From NCBI GenBank assembly GCA_046075565.1, contig JBJTQJ010000082.1:32001-96000 (forward strand): DNA of 64,000 nucleotides, in the 5' to 3' direction. A program made the translations under genes and the position numbers. Positions 27,300 through 36,717 of the stretch are shown here, piece by piece. Position 1 is the first letter of the stretch, and the number at the start of each line of letters is the position of its first letter. Origin of the DNA: Verrucomicrobiales bacterium (GTDB taxonomy: Bacteria > Verrucomicrobiota > Verrucomicrobiia > Verrucomicrobiales > SLCJ01). The notes beneath the pieces were generated by a model. That model saw nothing but the letters and a program-made list of their open reading frames with translations. It was not told the origin of the DNA and searched no databases.

Positions 27300-28673
27300 T
27301 CAGACCAGTCCGTGGTAGAACCGGTAGTCACCGCCGGCTGCAAGACGGCCGACGAGCAGGGCCAGTTCGCGGGCGTGGTAATCGCCCCATTGCGATGATT
27401 CGCCTTGCGGGATCTTCTTGCCCGCTGGCACATAATCCCAGCCGTTGGGACGGTGGTAAATGGAATGCAGGAGCAACCCCTGGTGAGCCGGGTCGCGGGA
27501 AAGATACGGGTCGGCCAGCAGCGAACGAGTGACCGTCAGTCCGGCCTGGAAATAGCGTTTTCCGTCTTCGGTATCCAGTCCGAGGTAACGGCCGAGGCGC
27601 AACAATCCCTGGGCGCCGATGGCCGCCGCCGAGGAATCGATCGGCTCGTGATCATTGTCGGGTTCGGACGGACGATCGAGATAGTCGCCCAGATGCACCA
27701 GACCGGGCGCACCGGTGTCCCAATAAGGAATACCATCAGGCGGAGTATTGGCGATGAAGAAGTCGCAGGTCGAACGCGCGGCCTTCTCGAAAACAGCGAA
27801 GATGTCCTTCCCACCATAAGGTGCGAGTTTTTCCGGTGGCAGGTCACGCAGGAATTCCAGCTCCTCCGCGAAGCCGACCATGGCCCAAGCCAGGCCGCGG
27901 GTCCAGGTGGTGAAACCGGTGTAGCCTTGTTGTGAATTCGGGCAACGGAATTTGCCATCATTCGTGTTGAAGACACATTCGTGGGCGGTGCGTCCCCACA
28001 GGTCGTAGCTATCGCGACCTTCGCCATAGAAAACCGAATACTTTGCGGTCGCGCGTCCGTGGTCGATCAGACGGCCGAGCATGTCGGTCTCGACATCGCC
28101 TTCATCCATGGCCTTGTGGCCTAACAACCAACTGACACCCAAGGCCCGGCACGAGCGGATGGTATCGACAAATAGGGAATGCGGGCCGTTGAAGGAATAG
28201 ATGAACCCGCCGCCGCCGTGGGTTCGTGTCCAGCGCCGGGCCTGGGCCGCTCCGGTGAGCTTGAGCGCGAGCTGATGGAAGCGCACTTGCCATTCATCGA
28301 GCGGGGCTTTGCCTTCGCGCATGAGGCGCAGCAGGTTGCCGTAGGTCGAGACGTTGTTGAACCCATGGTCGTGCACGCCGAAATGGCTCACGTGCGGTGC
28401 CATCAGTTCGAGCGTGTTGCGGAGCGCGTATTCGTGATGCCAGGTCTCGCCAGTGGTGTCGAATTGGAGTGCGGCCGATCCGAACTGGAAGCCTTGTGTC
28501 CACTCCGTCCAACCCCGGGTCGTGTATTTTCCCGCTACCGTGAAGACCGGCGAGCCTTTCGCGGTATCGTATTCCTTGTCGATGAGCCGGATTTTTTGTC
28601 CGGACAATTCCCAAAATTCCGCGAGGGCGGAACTAAGGTCGGCGGGCGCGAGTTTTTGATCGATTTTCAGCAT
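27300..28673 (-). CDS. Glycoside hydrolase GH88-like (unsaturated glucuronyl hydrolase fold)
   Basis: WT.GF..G, HDHGF, W.RGLAW, PYWD, DSSAAAI, WGDY motifs. Confidence 0.8.
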   Translation of the reverse strand: MLKIDQKLAPADLSSALAEFWELSGQKIRLIDKEYDTAKGSPVFTVAGKYTTRGWTEWTQGFQFGSAALQFDTTGETWHHEYALRNTLELMAPHVSHFGVHDHGFNNVSTYGNLLRLMREGKAPLDEWQVRFHQLALKLTGAAQARRWTRTHGGGGFIYSFNGPHSLFVDTIRSCRALGVSWLLGHKAMDEGDVETDMLGRLIDHGRATAKYSVFYGEGRDSYDLWGRTAHECVFNTNDGKFRCPNSQQGYTGFTTWTRGLAWAMVGFAEELEFLRDLPPEKLAPYGGKDIFAVFEKAARSTCDFFIANTPPDGIPYWDTGAPGLVHLGDYLDRPSEPDNDHEPIDSSAAAIGAQGLLRLGRYLGLDTEDGKRYFQAGLTVTRSLLADPYLSRDPAHQGLLLHSIYHRPNGWDYVPAGKKIPQGESSQWGDYHARELALLVGRLAAGGDYRFYHGLV

Positions 28674-28709
28674 GGTGCTTCGGAATGGGTTGGATGGAAG
28701 AATGGGAAA

Positions 28710-29528
28710 TCAGAGCTTCGGCAGATGGAATCCTCCATCGAGATAAACAACATCGCCGGTGGTGAACGGCCAGTCGCCGGAGACGAAGGAGCGAACGGCG
28801 CGGCCCACATCTTCAGGCTGGCCCCAGCGTTTCATCGGCACGGTCTGGCCGCCCGCGATGATCGCATCGTATTTTTCCTTCACGCCACTGGTCATATCGG
28901 TTTCCATGATGCCGGGTCGCAATTCGATCACCTGACCGACATCAGCCAGTCGCAACGCCCACAGTCGTGCGGCCATGGCGAGACCGGCCTTCGAGATGCA
29001 ATACTCGCCACGGTTCAACGACGCGGTGTCGGCGGAGATCGAGGAAACAAAAACAAACTTGTAGCCACCGGCGAGCGGACAATCACCCGGGTGCGCGAGC
29101 CAATGCTTGGCCGCCTGTTGGGCGAGGAAATAGGGACCCTTGAGGTTCACTTCCATGACCCGGTCGTAACTCGCTTCGGTGGCCTCCGAAATATCCTTCC
29201 GTTCCGGTGGAGCGATGCCGGCATTGCTGACGACCGCGTCCACCCGGCCAAGGGCAGTCAATGCCGCTTCGAACAATCCGGCGCGGGCCACCGCATCGCC
29301 CATGTCGGCCTGCAAGACCGGAAACACTTGCTCCGGGCGCTGGGCCTGATTGCGACAATCTTCCGCCGTCCGCGCAGCCGCCTCGCGGTTGCCCGCACAA
29401 TGAATGGCCACGCTGAAGCCCGCCGCCGCCAGCTCGAGGGCGATGCCCCGGCCAAGCCCCCGGCTCGCTCCCGTGACCAATACCGCAGGGATCGTTCCGG
29501 CCTTGCCGGTATCATTTTCCACTTTCAT
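28710..29528 (-). CDS. Short-chain dehydrogenase/reductase (3-ketoacyl-ACP reductase-like)
   Basis: TGASRGLG, SNAG, YCISK, PG...TDM, DGG. Confidence 0.92.
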   Translation of the reverse strand: MKVENDTGKAGTIPAVLVTGASRGLGRGIALELAAAGFSVAIHCAGNREAAARTAEDCRNQAQRPEQVFPVLQADMGDAVARAGLFEAALTALGRVDAVVSNAGIAPPERKDISEATEASYDRVMEVNLKGPYFLAQQAAKHWLAHPGDCPLAGGYKFVFVSSISADTASLNRGEYCISKAGLAMAARLWALRLADVGQVIELRPGIMETDMTSGVKEKYDAIIAGGQTVPMKRWGQPEDVGRAVRSFVSGDWPFTTGDVVYLDGGFHLPKL

Positions 29529-29633
29529 TGCATGCAACTTTAACGGGCCACCCGCCCCGTGCAAGTTGCGTTTTGTGCGCCCAAAGGTGGCAGCCATGGT
29601 CCGGCGCCGACAGCCTGGCAAGTGGCTTCGGAC

Positions 29634-29846
29634 TCAATCCTTGAAGATGAACAAGCTGATGGTGAACGCGGCACCGATGATATAGATGAGGATCAGGTTT
29701 GACACAAAATAAGGAAAAAACATCAAGGCACCACCGATCAGCTTCGGCTTGAGCGTATCCTTCACTTTGCCATAACCGAAGCCGATCATCCCGACCAGAC
29801 CGAAGAGGAATCCGGCCACAAGTCTGGGAACAAAGTCGGGATCCAT
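29634..29846 (-). CDS. Small membrane protein (70 aa)
   Basis: Three hydrophobic segments, F.YGK and LMFFPYFV; fits the operon with the neighbouring minus-strand genes. Confidence 0.65.
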   Translation of the reverse strand: MDPDFVPRLVAGFLFGLVGMIGFGYGKVKDTLKPKLIGGALMFFPYFVSNLILIYIIGAAFTISLFIFKD

Positions 29847-29865
29847 GGGAAAATCGGTTGGAAAC

Positions 29866-30339
29866 TCAGGATTTACAGGTGCGGGGGCGCACGATGATGC
29901 GTTTCAGGCGCTCTTTGGATTCCTCGCTGATCGACTCGACATGCGGATTTTCCTTGAGCGTGTTGTGGACGATGCGGCGGTAGTAGGAGTTGAGCGGATT
30001 GAGGCGCACGGCTTTCCCGGTATCGCGCACGCGCTCGGCGAGGGCGGTGATCTTTTCGATCATTTCGGTCTCACGCTGGTTGCGGTAGTGGCCGACATCG
30101 ACTCGGAAGCGCGGGGCATCGGGATGGCGCTGCAGCAAGAGACGGTTGAGAAGAAATTGGATATCGTCCAGCCGATCCCCATGACGGCCGATGAGCAGAC
30201 GGGAGTCGTCGGTGAGGATTTGCAGACCGGGACCCTCGGCGGTTTCCTCGTCTTCGATGGTGGTGTAAAAACCAAGATGACCGAGCATGGTATCGAGGAT
30301 GCGGCGTGCGTCTTCGCGGATGGTATCGGGAGAACTCAT
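29866..30339 (-). CDS. Jag/KhpB-like KH + R3H RNA-binding protein
   Basis: LIGRHGDRLDDIQFL (KH), DVGHYR, PLNSYYRRIVH (R3H). Confidence 0.88.
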   Translation of the reverse strand: MSSPDTIREDARRILDTMLGHLGFYTTIEDEETAEGPGLQILTDDSRLLIGRHGDRLDDIQFLLNRLLLQRHPDAPRFRVDVGHYRNQRETEMIEKITALAERVRDTGKAVRLNPLNSYYRRIVHNTLKENPHVESISEESKERLKRIIVRPRTCKS

Positions 30340-30502
30340 ATACTTCCGTGAGGTTGCAGGATTCCAGCGCTGGCGTCAACCGCAATTCTCGGGCTCTGAA
30401 AAGGGGCGGGTGCAGCACAAAAGAGGCGGCTCTTCTGGAAATCGAGTGGAGTTTTGTTGTCTTCGGTTCGGAGCCACGACACTCGTTCTTTTCTCGACAA
30501 AA

Positions 30503-30790
30503 TGGGAGTCCGGGCGTCCCGCCCGGAACTTGTCCCGTTCACGGGCAGGATGCCCAATATTGTCGGTCTAGCACTAGAATTGGCAAAGAGCGATCTGATC
30601 TCAGGGCAAGACCGGGAAGGTCTTGCTACGACTCCGATGGGTCCTCAAAGGCCATATTCCCCTGATCGGCCACGTCGGCCGTAGCAAGAGCGTCTCGCTC
30701 TTGCCTTACAAGGATGTGAAAAACAAGAACCCGGAAGACCAAGATTCCTAGCGCTAAACTCACAGTATTGGGCAGGATGCCCGTGCTCCC
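30503..30790. mobile_element. Nested REP locus: GGAG-REP doublet split by a 214-bp IR-ended insert that itself holds a GTAG REPIN
   Basis: GGGCAGGATGCCC directly repeated at 30543-30555 and 30770-30782; 22-nt imperfect IR at the insert ends; REPIN at 30604-30705. Confidence 0.7.
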
Positions 30791-30847
30791 TTTTCGGCAA
30801 ATGAGGCCGCAACTCCTCCGCCATGGCCCATCGCTCCAGCAAGCTAC

Positions 30848-30877
30848 GGACACGACCCTACGGGATCGTGTCCCTCC
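30848..30877. repeat. REP-like hairpin GGACACGACCCTACGGGATCGTGTCCCTCC
   Basis: GGACACGA/TCGTGTCC stem with a GGAG end on the minus strand. Confidence 0.55.
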
Positions 30878-30920
30878 GTGGATGGAAAGGCGGGGATCCG
30901 CGTCAAGTTAAGGGTTATCC

Positions 30921-31541
30921 TTATTGCGGTGGCAGCGCTCGGGTCGGTTGGGTGATATGCGGAGCGCGGAGGTAGATCGGTTCGATCGCTCCGCTTGCCG
31001 GGGCGGCACATGCAGCGCTGCGGGCGAGCCGCACGGCGGAGGGTGGACGTCTGTGCAGGCGCGAATCGAGTGGCCGCGCGTCGGTGGTGAAGATGGGATC
31101 CGTTAGACCGGATAAACGTTCGGTCAATTCCGCCATGGGAAAAATCTCCGCGGGAACCACCAATTGCCCGTCGCGGATGGTCGCGAGATAGAATCCGTCG
31201 CGCCGCGCGTCGCCGACAACATGATAAGCACTTTCATCGGACAAGGTCGAAAGGGAATCGTGCCCGCTCCAGGGCAAGCCCAGTCCGGTGGCGAGTCCGT
31301 GCGCGGCGGCGATGCCGATGCGGATGCCGGTGTAGGAACCGGGACCGGTGCCGACGACAATGTGGTTCGGCGCCGGGCCATCACGCAGGATGCGGGCGAG
31401 GGGATCGAAGACGAGGGAATTGTGCGAGCGCTCGCTCTCGAAGGTATATTCCACGAGCGTCTCGGGCACTTGATCGGCATTGAACCGGACCAGTGCAACT
31501 TCGCCACGCGGCGTGGATGTATCGAGGGCGAGGATGATCAT
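30921..31541 (-). CDS. tsaB: tRNA t6A biosynthesis protein TsaB
   Basis: ILALDTS, H, VG.GPGSYTGIRIG, DARR, P.YLR; ATGA overlap with tsaE. Confidence 0.93.
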   Translation of the reverse strand: MIILALDTSTPRGEVALVRFNADQVPETLVEYTFESERSHNSLVFDPLARILRDGPAPNHIVVGTGPGSYTGIRIGIAAAHGLATGLGLPWSGHDSLSTLSDESAYHVVGDARRDGFYLATIRDGQLVVPAEIFPMAELTERLSGLTDPIFTTDARPLDSRLHRRPPSAVRLARSAACAAPASGAIEPIYLRAPHITQPTRALPPQ

Positions 31542-31993
31542 GTTGATGATCCGGACCTCCAGGTTTGCCAGTCCGATCGGGTTCCCATTTTCGCCGAGCG
31601 AATGCCATGGGTCGGCGCATCGATTTCGATCCAAAGGGAATCGCCGGGCAGCGCGTCGGGAAAACGATCCGCCCATTCGACGAGGATCAGACCATTTGCG
31701 TCCAGCAGGTCGTCCCAACCGAGGCCGACCAGTTCATGCTCCGATTCGAGTCGGTAGAAGTCGAGATGGAAGACCGGCAAATGCCCGCCCCGGTATTCAT
31801 GCACGAGCGTGAAGGTCGGGCTGGTGACCAGATCATCTGATCCCGCTCCGGCGGTGATGGCAGCAGCGAGGGTGGTTTTGCCCGCCCCGAGGGTGCCAAC
31901 AAGTGCGATGACCTGCCCGGCGCGAGCGGCCGCTCCCAACTCGCGGCCAAAGGCCCGGGTCGCGGATTGATCAGGTAGAAGCCGGGTGATCAT
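31538..31993 (-). CDS. tsaE: tRNA t6A biosynthesis ATPase TsaE
   Basis: G.LGAGKTT, VTSPTFTLV..Y, HLDFYRL, VEWAD. Confidence 0.96.
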   Translation of the reverse strand: MITRLLPDQSATRAFGRELGAAARAGQVIALVGTLGAGKTTLAAAITAGAGSDDLVTSPTFTLVHEYRGGHLPVFHLDFYRLESEHELVGLGWDDLLDANGLILVEWADRFPDALPGDSLWIEIDAPTHGIRSAKMGTRSDWQTWRSGSST

Positions 31994-32061
31994 AGGGTTC
32001 TTGTCGCGAGCTGTTCTCGCCCAAGCGGTGAATTTGGCCTAATTTCCCCGGCCTGCCAATC

Positions 32062-33105
32062 TCAACCATGGAGGCGGGCTTTGATTTGCCAGATGGCCCA
32101 GAGGGCGTGTTCGGAGACGAGCGGGTCGGGATCGTCGGCCGCGTTTTCCAGAGCCGGCAAGTCGTCCGCTCCACCGGTGTTTCCGAGCGCGACGCAGACA
32201 TTGCGGAGAAAGCGCGGCCTTTTGATGCGCTTGATGGGCGAGCGACGGAAGAGCGAGCGGAAACTTTCGTCATCGAGCGCGAGGTAATCCCGCAGACCGA
32301 GAGCAAAAATACCCTGCCGCGCGTGGTAGGCGGCTTCGGCGGATACGCGCGCGAAGCGGTTCCACGGGCAAGCGGACAGGCAATCGTCGCATCCGTAGAT
32401 CCGGTTTCCGAGCAACGGGCGGAGCGATTCGGGAATGGGGCCTTTGTGTTCGATGGTCAGATACGAAATACAGCGCCGGGCATCAACGCGGTGAGGTGCG
32501 GTAATGGCACCAGTCGGACAGGAGTCGATACAACGAACACATTTTCCGCAATGATCACGCGCGGGCTCATCGGGTTCGACCTCGAGGGTGGTCAGGATGA
32601 CGGCGAGAAAAAACCAGGTGCCGAGCTCGCGGTGGATCTGCACGGTCGATTTTCCATTCCAGCCAAGTCCGGCGGAACTCGCGTGGTCGCGTTCGAGCAC
32701 CGGTCCGGTATCAACATAACATCTCTGGGATCCCCCCAAGTCGGTTAGCCGCGCATCAAGCTCGCGCAAACGCGGTAAGATGAGATCATGGTAGTCATCA
32801 TTCCATGCGTACCGGGCGATGCGGCCGGTGGCGCGTCCGTCGGCGGGCGAGGGCGGGTATTCACCGGGAAAGTAATTCACTGCGAGCACGAGTGTGCTAC
32901 AGCAACCGGGCAGCACGACTCGCGGGTCGGCGCGGCGCTCGGGCTCTCTCTCCATCCAGGCCATTTCACCATGGCAACCATCACGCAACCATGTGAGGAA
33001 CTCATCGGCATGCGGCGCGCGTTCGGCCCGGGCCACGCGGCAATCATCGAACCCGCTGGCGGCGGCCAGAGATTTGATCTCGCGGGAGAGGGCGCCGGGA
33101 TCCAT
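32062..33105 (-). CDS. queG: Epoxyqueuosine reductase
   Basis: ARYA...DYH, VDTGPVLER, CGKC.RC...CPT.A, RCISYLTIE, GCDDC...CPWN. Confidence 0.96.
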   Translation of the reverse strand: MDPGALSREIKSLAAASGFDDCRVARAERAPHADEFLTWLRDGCHGEMAWMEREPERRADPRVVLPGCCSTLVLAVNYFPGEYPPSPADGRATGRIARYAWNDDYHDLILPRLRELDARLTDLGGSQRCYVDTGPVLERDHASSAGLGWNGKSTVQIHRELGTWFFLAVILTTLEVEPDEPARDHCGKCVRCIDSCPTGAITAPHRVDARRCISYLTIEHKGPIPESLRPLLGNRIYGCDDCLSACPWNRFARVSAEAAYHARQGIFALGLRDYLALDDESFRSLFRRSPIKRIKRPRFLRNVCVALGNTGGADDLPALENAADDPDPLVSEHALWAIWQIKARLHG

Positions 33106-33120
33106 TTTCGGAATCGGTAA

Positions 33121-33702
33121 TCATTCAGCCTTTCGAATCACCGGGCGATAATGTCCGGTGAGCGGAAAATCAAAAAGCCGGTCTTCCTCGCGTGCGCCAG
33201 CCCCGATATTATGGATGATGAGCGGGCGGCTTCCATCATCCGAGCGCCGATCGGACACGATCATCACATGGGGCAAATGGGGAGGCACGGTGCAGGTCAC
33301 GATGTCGCCGGGAAGGAATTCGGCGGCCTCTTGTTTCACCGGCCGGCTCCAGCCCTGGCGGGTGAACCAGACACGAAGATTGGGAACGCGCCGATGATCG
33401 ATATTGCGGTCCGTCCTCGAGAGTCCCCAGATTTTCGGATAGAGGCCGAAGTTCGCCTTCATGTCTTCGTGCACGAGTTTCTGCAAGTCCATGGCATGGG
33501 CGCGGCGGAACGCGCGGATCACGACATCGGTGCACACCCCGCGCTCGGCAGGCACGTCGCCATTCGGGTAGGCGAGTTTGACGTAGGCGGGATCATACGA
33601 TGTGGTCACGCCGACTTGCTCGCGGCCCGCTTCATGCAGGCTGCCTGCAGTTGGGGTCACGGCTAGGCCAACAAGAGAAAGAAGCCGGAAAATCATTTGC
33701 AT
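33121..33702 (-). CDS. DUF1287 (YijF-like) domain protein
   Basis: YDPAY..L.YP.GDVP...GVCTDV, D.NIDHRRVPNL, HNIG.G. Confidence 0.9.
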   Translation of the reverse strand: MQMIFRLLSLVGLAVTPTAGSLHEAGREQVGVTTSYDPAYVKLAYPNGDVPAERGVCTDVVIRAFRRAHAMDLQKLVHEDMKANFGLYPKIWGLSRTDRNIDHRRVPNLRVWFTRQGWSRPVKQEAAEFLPGDIVTCTVPPHLPHVMIVSDRRSDDGSRPLIIHNIGAGAREEDRLFDFPLTGHYRPVIRKAE

Positions 33703-35276
33703 CAGAAGGTAAGTCTCCCGCCGCCCTCGGAGCGCAGGAGGGCATCGGCGATAATGCGATCGATTGGATTGCGGGTATCGGTGAAGGGTTTGGCGGCGGC
33801 GATGACGGGCGAAAGAATGACTTCCGGTACACGTGTCTGCACGAGCTGGCGGCCGAATCCGAATCCGCCGCCGAGATTCTGGGAGATAAATCGGTCGAGT
33901 GGTTCTTTCGAAGCCATGAGGATGATATTCTGCCGGGCTTCCGGGTTGGCGCGGTGCACGGTGAAGATGGCGATATGGGGGAAATGCGCCTTGAGTCCGC
34001 CAAGCACGCCGGAGGTCAGTTCACCGGCCGGACCGCGCACGGCGCCGATCACATTCATCATGTAGACACCGCGGGGACGAAGTCGTTCAGCAACCAAGCC
34101 GAAAAATTCTTCCGTGACGAGATGCGGCGGAATGTAACTGAGCCCGTTGTAAGCATCGCCGAAGATAAAATCATAGGTGGCGGCGGGCTGGCGAATGAGG
34201 AATCCCCGGCCATCGGCGGCGTGGGGTTTGACGCGCGGGGCGCTATCGAGCCGGAAGAATTTCCTTCCGACTTCGATCACCTCGGGATCAATCTCCGCCA
34301 CATCGACTTCGGTTTTTTCCCAGCGTGCGGCGAAATGACGTGGCATGCCGAAAGCACCGGCACCGATGAAGAGGGCGCGCTGGGGCTGGAAGCCGGGATC
34401 GTTGGTCAGGACTTCCCAATAGCGCTGGTAGGGAAGAGAGAGGCTGTCATCGGAGAGATTGACCGCGCCCTCGTCGGTGGAATCGAGCATGAGCACACGG
34501 TGACGGGCGCCGTTGACCTCGCGTTCGACCACGCGGATGAGGTGGTAGTAAGTATTGCGGGCGTAAATGGTTCCCGGCACGGAAGAGAGAGGAATGGCCA
34601 GCGAGATGGCACCGCCTCCGATGGCCGCGATGAGAATGGAAATGGCCGCCTTGCGCGAACCGCCACCGAACCAGAACGGAAGGGCGAGCAGGCAAAGCGC
34701 GATGCCGGTCGCGATGATGATGTGGCGAATGTCGAAATTCGATAACAGGTAGAAGCCCGTGGCGAAGGTGCCGATGAAACTGCCGAGCGCTCCCATCATG
34801 GAGATGAGACCGGCCGAACGCCCCACGGCATGATCGGCGCGCAGCACGCTGAGCAACTTTACTGAATACGGACTGACCGCCCCGAGCAGGACTCCCGGAA
34901 TGAGGAACATGACTGAACTGAGAAAAAGCGGTCCAGCGATCATACGTTGTGGCTCCACCCAACCGGAAACCGTATTGGCGAGCGCGGGCATGAGGGTGGT
35001 GGCTAGTCCGGCCGTGCCTAACAACACTCCGATCATCGATGGGCGCGGGTTCTTGTCGGCGAGGCGGCCACCGAAATATCCGCCGGCGGACATGGCCACG
35101 AGCACCACGCCGATGAGAGCGGTCCACGTATAGATGGTATTTCCATAAACGGGAGCGATGAGGCGGTTGCCACTGATCTCGACGATCATGATGGCGGCAC
35201 CGGCTAAGAAAGCCGCGGTGGGAAACCACGCCGTGGGCAGGGCGCGGACGGGAGCTGATTCGGGAGTGGTGCTCAT
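33702..35276 (-). CDS. Fused MFS-like membrane domain / spermidine synthase-like SAM-fold protein
   Basis: Six to seven N-terminal TMs, then LFIGAGA, EIDPEV, DGRGF, YDFIFGDAY, PPHL.T.EFF. Confidence 0.88.
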   Translation of the reverse strand: MSTTPESAPVRALPTAWFPTAAFLAGAAIMIVEISGNRLIAPVYGNTIYTWTALIGVVLVAMSAGGYFGGRLADKNPRPSMIGVLLGTAGLATTLMPALANTVSGWVEPQRMIAGPLFLSSVMFLIPGVLLGAVSPYSVKLLSVLRADHAVGRSAGLISMMGALGSFIGTFATGFYLLSNFDIRHIIIATGIALCLLALPFWFGGGSRKAAISILIAAIGGGAISLAIPLSSVPGTIYARNTYYHLIRVVEREVNGARHRVLMLDSTDEGAVNLSDDSLSLPYQRYWEVLTNDPGFQPQRALFIGAGAFGMPRHFAARWEKTEVDVAEIDPEVIEVGRKFFRLDSAPRVKPHAADGRGFLIRQPAATYDFIFGDAYNGLSYIPPHLVTEEFFGLVAERLRPRGVYMMNVIGAVRGPAGELTSGVLGGLKAHFPHIAIFTVHRANPEARQNIILMASKEPLDRFISQNLGGGFGFGRQLVQTRVPEVILSPVIAAAKPFTDTRNPIDRIIADALLRSEGGGRLTF

Positions 35277-35743
35277 TCCTTGTAAAAGACGAGATTGAGG
35301 ATGAACCAGCGGTTGTCGCGGCGCAAGAGGGTGAAGTGGTCCCAACCGATGGTAACCTTGTCGCCCTCGACGAGTTTCCATTTTACCGCGGCTTGGGCGG
35401 CACGGCTGTCGGGGCTGATGTGGATTTCCATCCGCTCGGCCGTTTCGACCATGGGAGCAACGGCAGCCGCGTGGGCCTGGCGTTGCGATTCAATGAATGG
35501 CGGCAGCGGCCACGCCACCACACGCCCGCTCTCATCCACAAAATGCACGACCGCTCCTTTTTCAAAGAGATCCTGGTAGGCGTCGATTCGTTTCTCCGAC
35601 CAGACTTGGAAATATTTCGTGAGGAAAGCCCGCACATCCTCGATGGCAGGATCGGGTGGAGGCGGCGGGGCATTCTTCTCACCGCAGGAAATCATCAGGG
35701 CGGCGGCGCACAAGACAAGGAGGCGGACGACGATCTGGATCAT
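35273..35743 (-). CDS. NTF2/SnoaL-like lipoprotein
   Basis: Lipobox LMISC; alpha+beta pattern ending in D.F.L.R.D.RW.I. Confidence 0.7.
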   Translation of the reverse strand: MIQIVVRLLVLCAAALMISCGEKNAPPPPPDPAIEDVRAFLTKYFQVWSEKRIDAYQDLFEKGAVVHFVDESGRVVAWPLPPFIESQRQAHAAAVAPMVETAERMEIHISPDSRAAQAAVKWKLVEGDKVTIGWDHFTLLRRDNRWFILNLVFYKE

Positions 35744-35787
35744 GTGAGGAACAATTGCCCCGGATGATCGTCCGGGCAAAGCGGGAT

Positions 35788-36660
35788 TTACCGGAAGTCG
35801 GCGAGGCGGCGGTTGAATTCGATGGATTTGCCCAAGATCTTGGCCTGCTGGATGATCGGGGAGAAGCGTTCGATTACTTCCCGGTAGGCTCCCGAGCCGG
35901 CTTCGTGGCCGACCCGCAGTAGCCGGCCGATCACGCAGAAAATCTCGCTCTTCTCGCTCTCGAGGATTGCAAGGCGGGAGTTGATTTCCATGAGCCGGCG
36001 ACCGGCGTCGGAGACCTCGCGGGTGAGGTTGCGTTCGCGGAGGCTGATACGTCCGCGCAGGTTGTCCATCTCCAATTCGATCGCCTTGATTTTTCGTTCG
36101 TTCAACCTGGCCTCGCCGCGGAGGTTTTCGACCTCGCGCGCCATGTCCCCGTACTTGTTCTTGGTTTCCTGGAGATCCTGCCGCACGCCCTCCAGTGTTT
36201 GCTCATCGGCATCTTCCCCCTTGAGCACGCTCAACTTGAGTTTCAGACCGTTGAACTTTTTCCTCACCATCTCCGCCGCATGGATCAATTCCTGGGTGAC
36301 CTTGAGCTTTTCTGTCAGCCTTTCCCTTTCCAATTCGAGAAGCGCATCGACACGGTTCAACTGCGTGCCGAATTGAGTTTCGGGCTCCGCGGCGGCTTCT
36401 TGCGCGCGTTTCAACTCCTCGGTGGCGGCCTCGAGTTCCTGCTCGAGTTTCGTTTGTTCCGCGTCGAGTTGTCGGATGCGCCAGTATTCGTTGGTCAGTT
36501 CCTCGACATGCTCGAGTTCTCGCCAAGCCATTTTGCCGATCAGCGTCTCGGCTTCCTTGAGCAGGATGCTCTCTTCGGTCGCATTACGCAGGTAGAGGCG
36601 CGGCGCCACCACCCCCAGACGGGCGGCGATTTTTCGGGCGAAATATTCCAGACCTTTCAT
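35788..36660 (-). CDS. Hypothetical long coiled-coil protein
   Basis: E/K/L/R-rich heptad pattern over most of its length. Confidence 0.7.
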   Translation of the reverse strand: MKGLEYFARKIAARLGVVAPRLYLRNATEESILLKEAETLIGKMAWRELEHVEELTNEYWRIRQLDAEQTKLEQELEAATEELKRAQEAAAEPETQFGTQLNRVDALLELERERLTEKLKVTQELIHAAEMVRKKFNGLKLKLSVLKGEDADEQTLEGVRQDLQETKNKYGDMAREVENLRGEARLNERKIKAIELEMDNLRGRISLRERNLTREVSDAGRRLMEINSRLAILESEKSEIFCVIGRLLRVGHEAGSGAYREVIERFSPIIQQAKILGKSIEFNRRLADFR

Positions 36661-36717
36661 GCGTCGGGGCAAGTTGCACCGGACTGGCGGCGCGTCAATC
36701 GATGGATTGTCATGACA

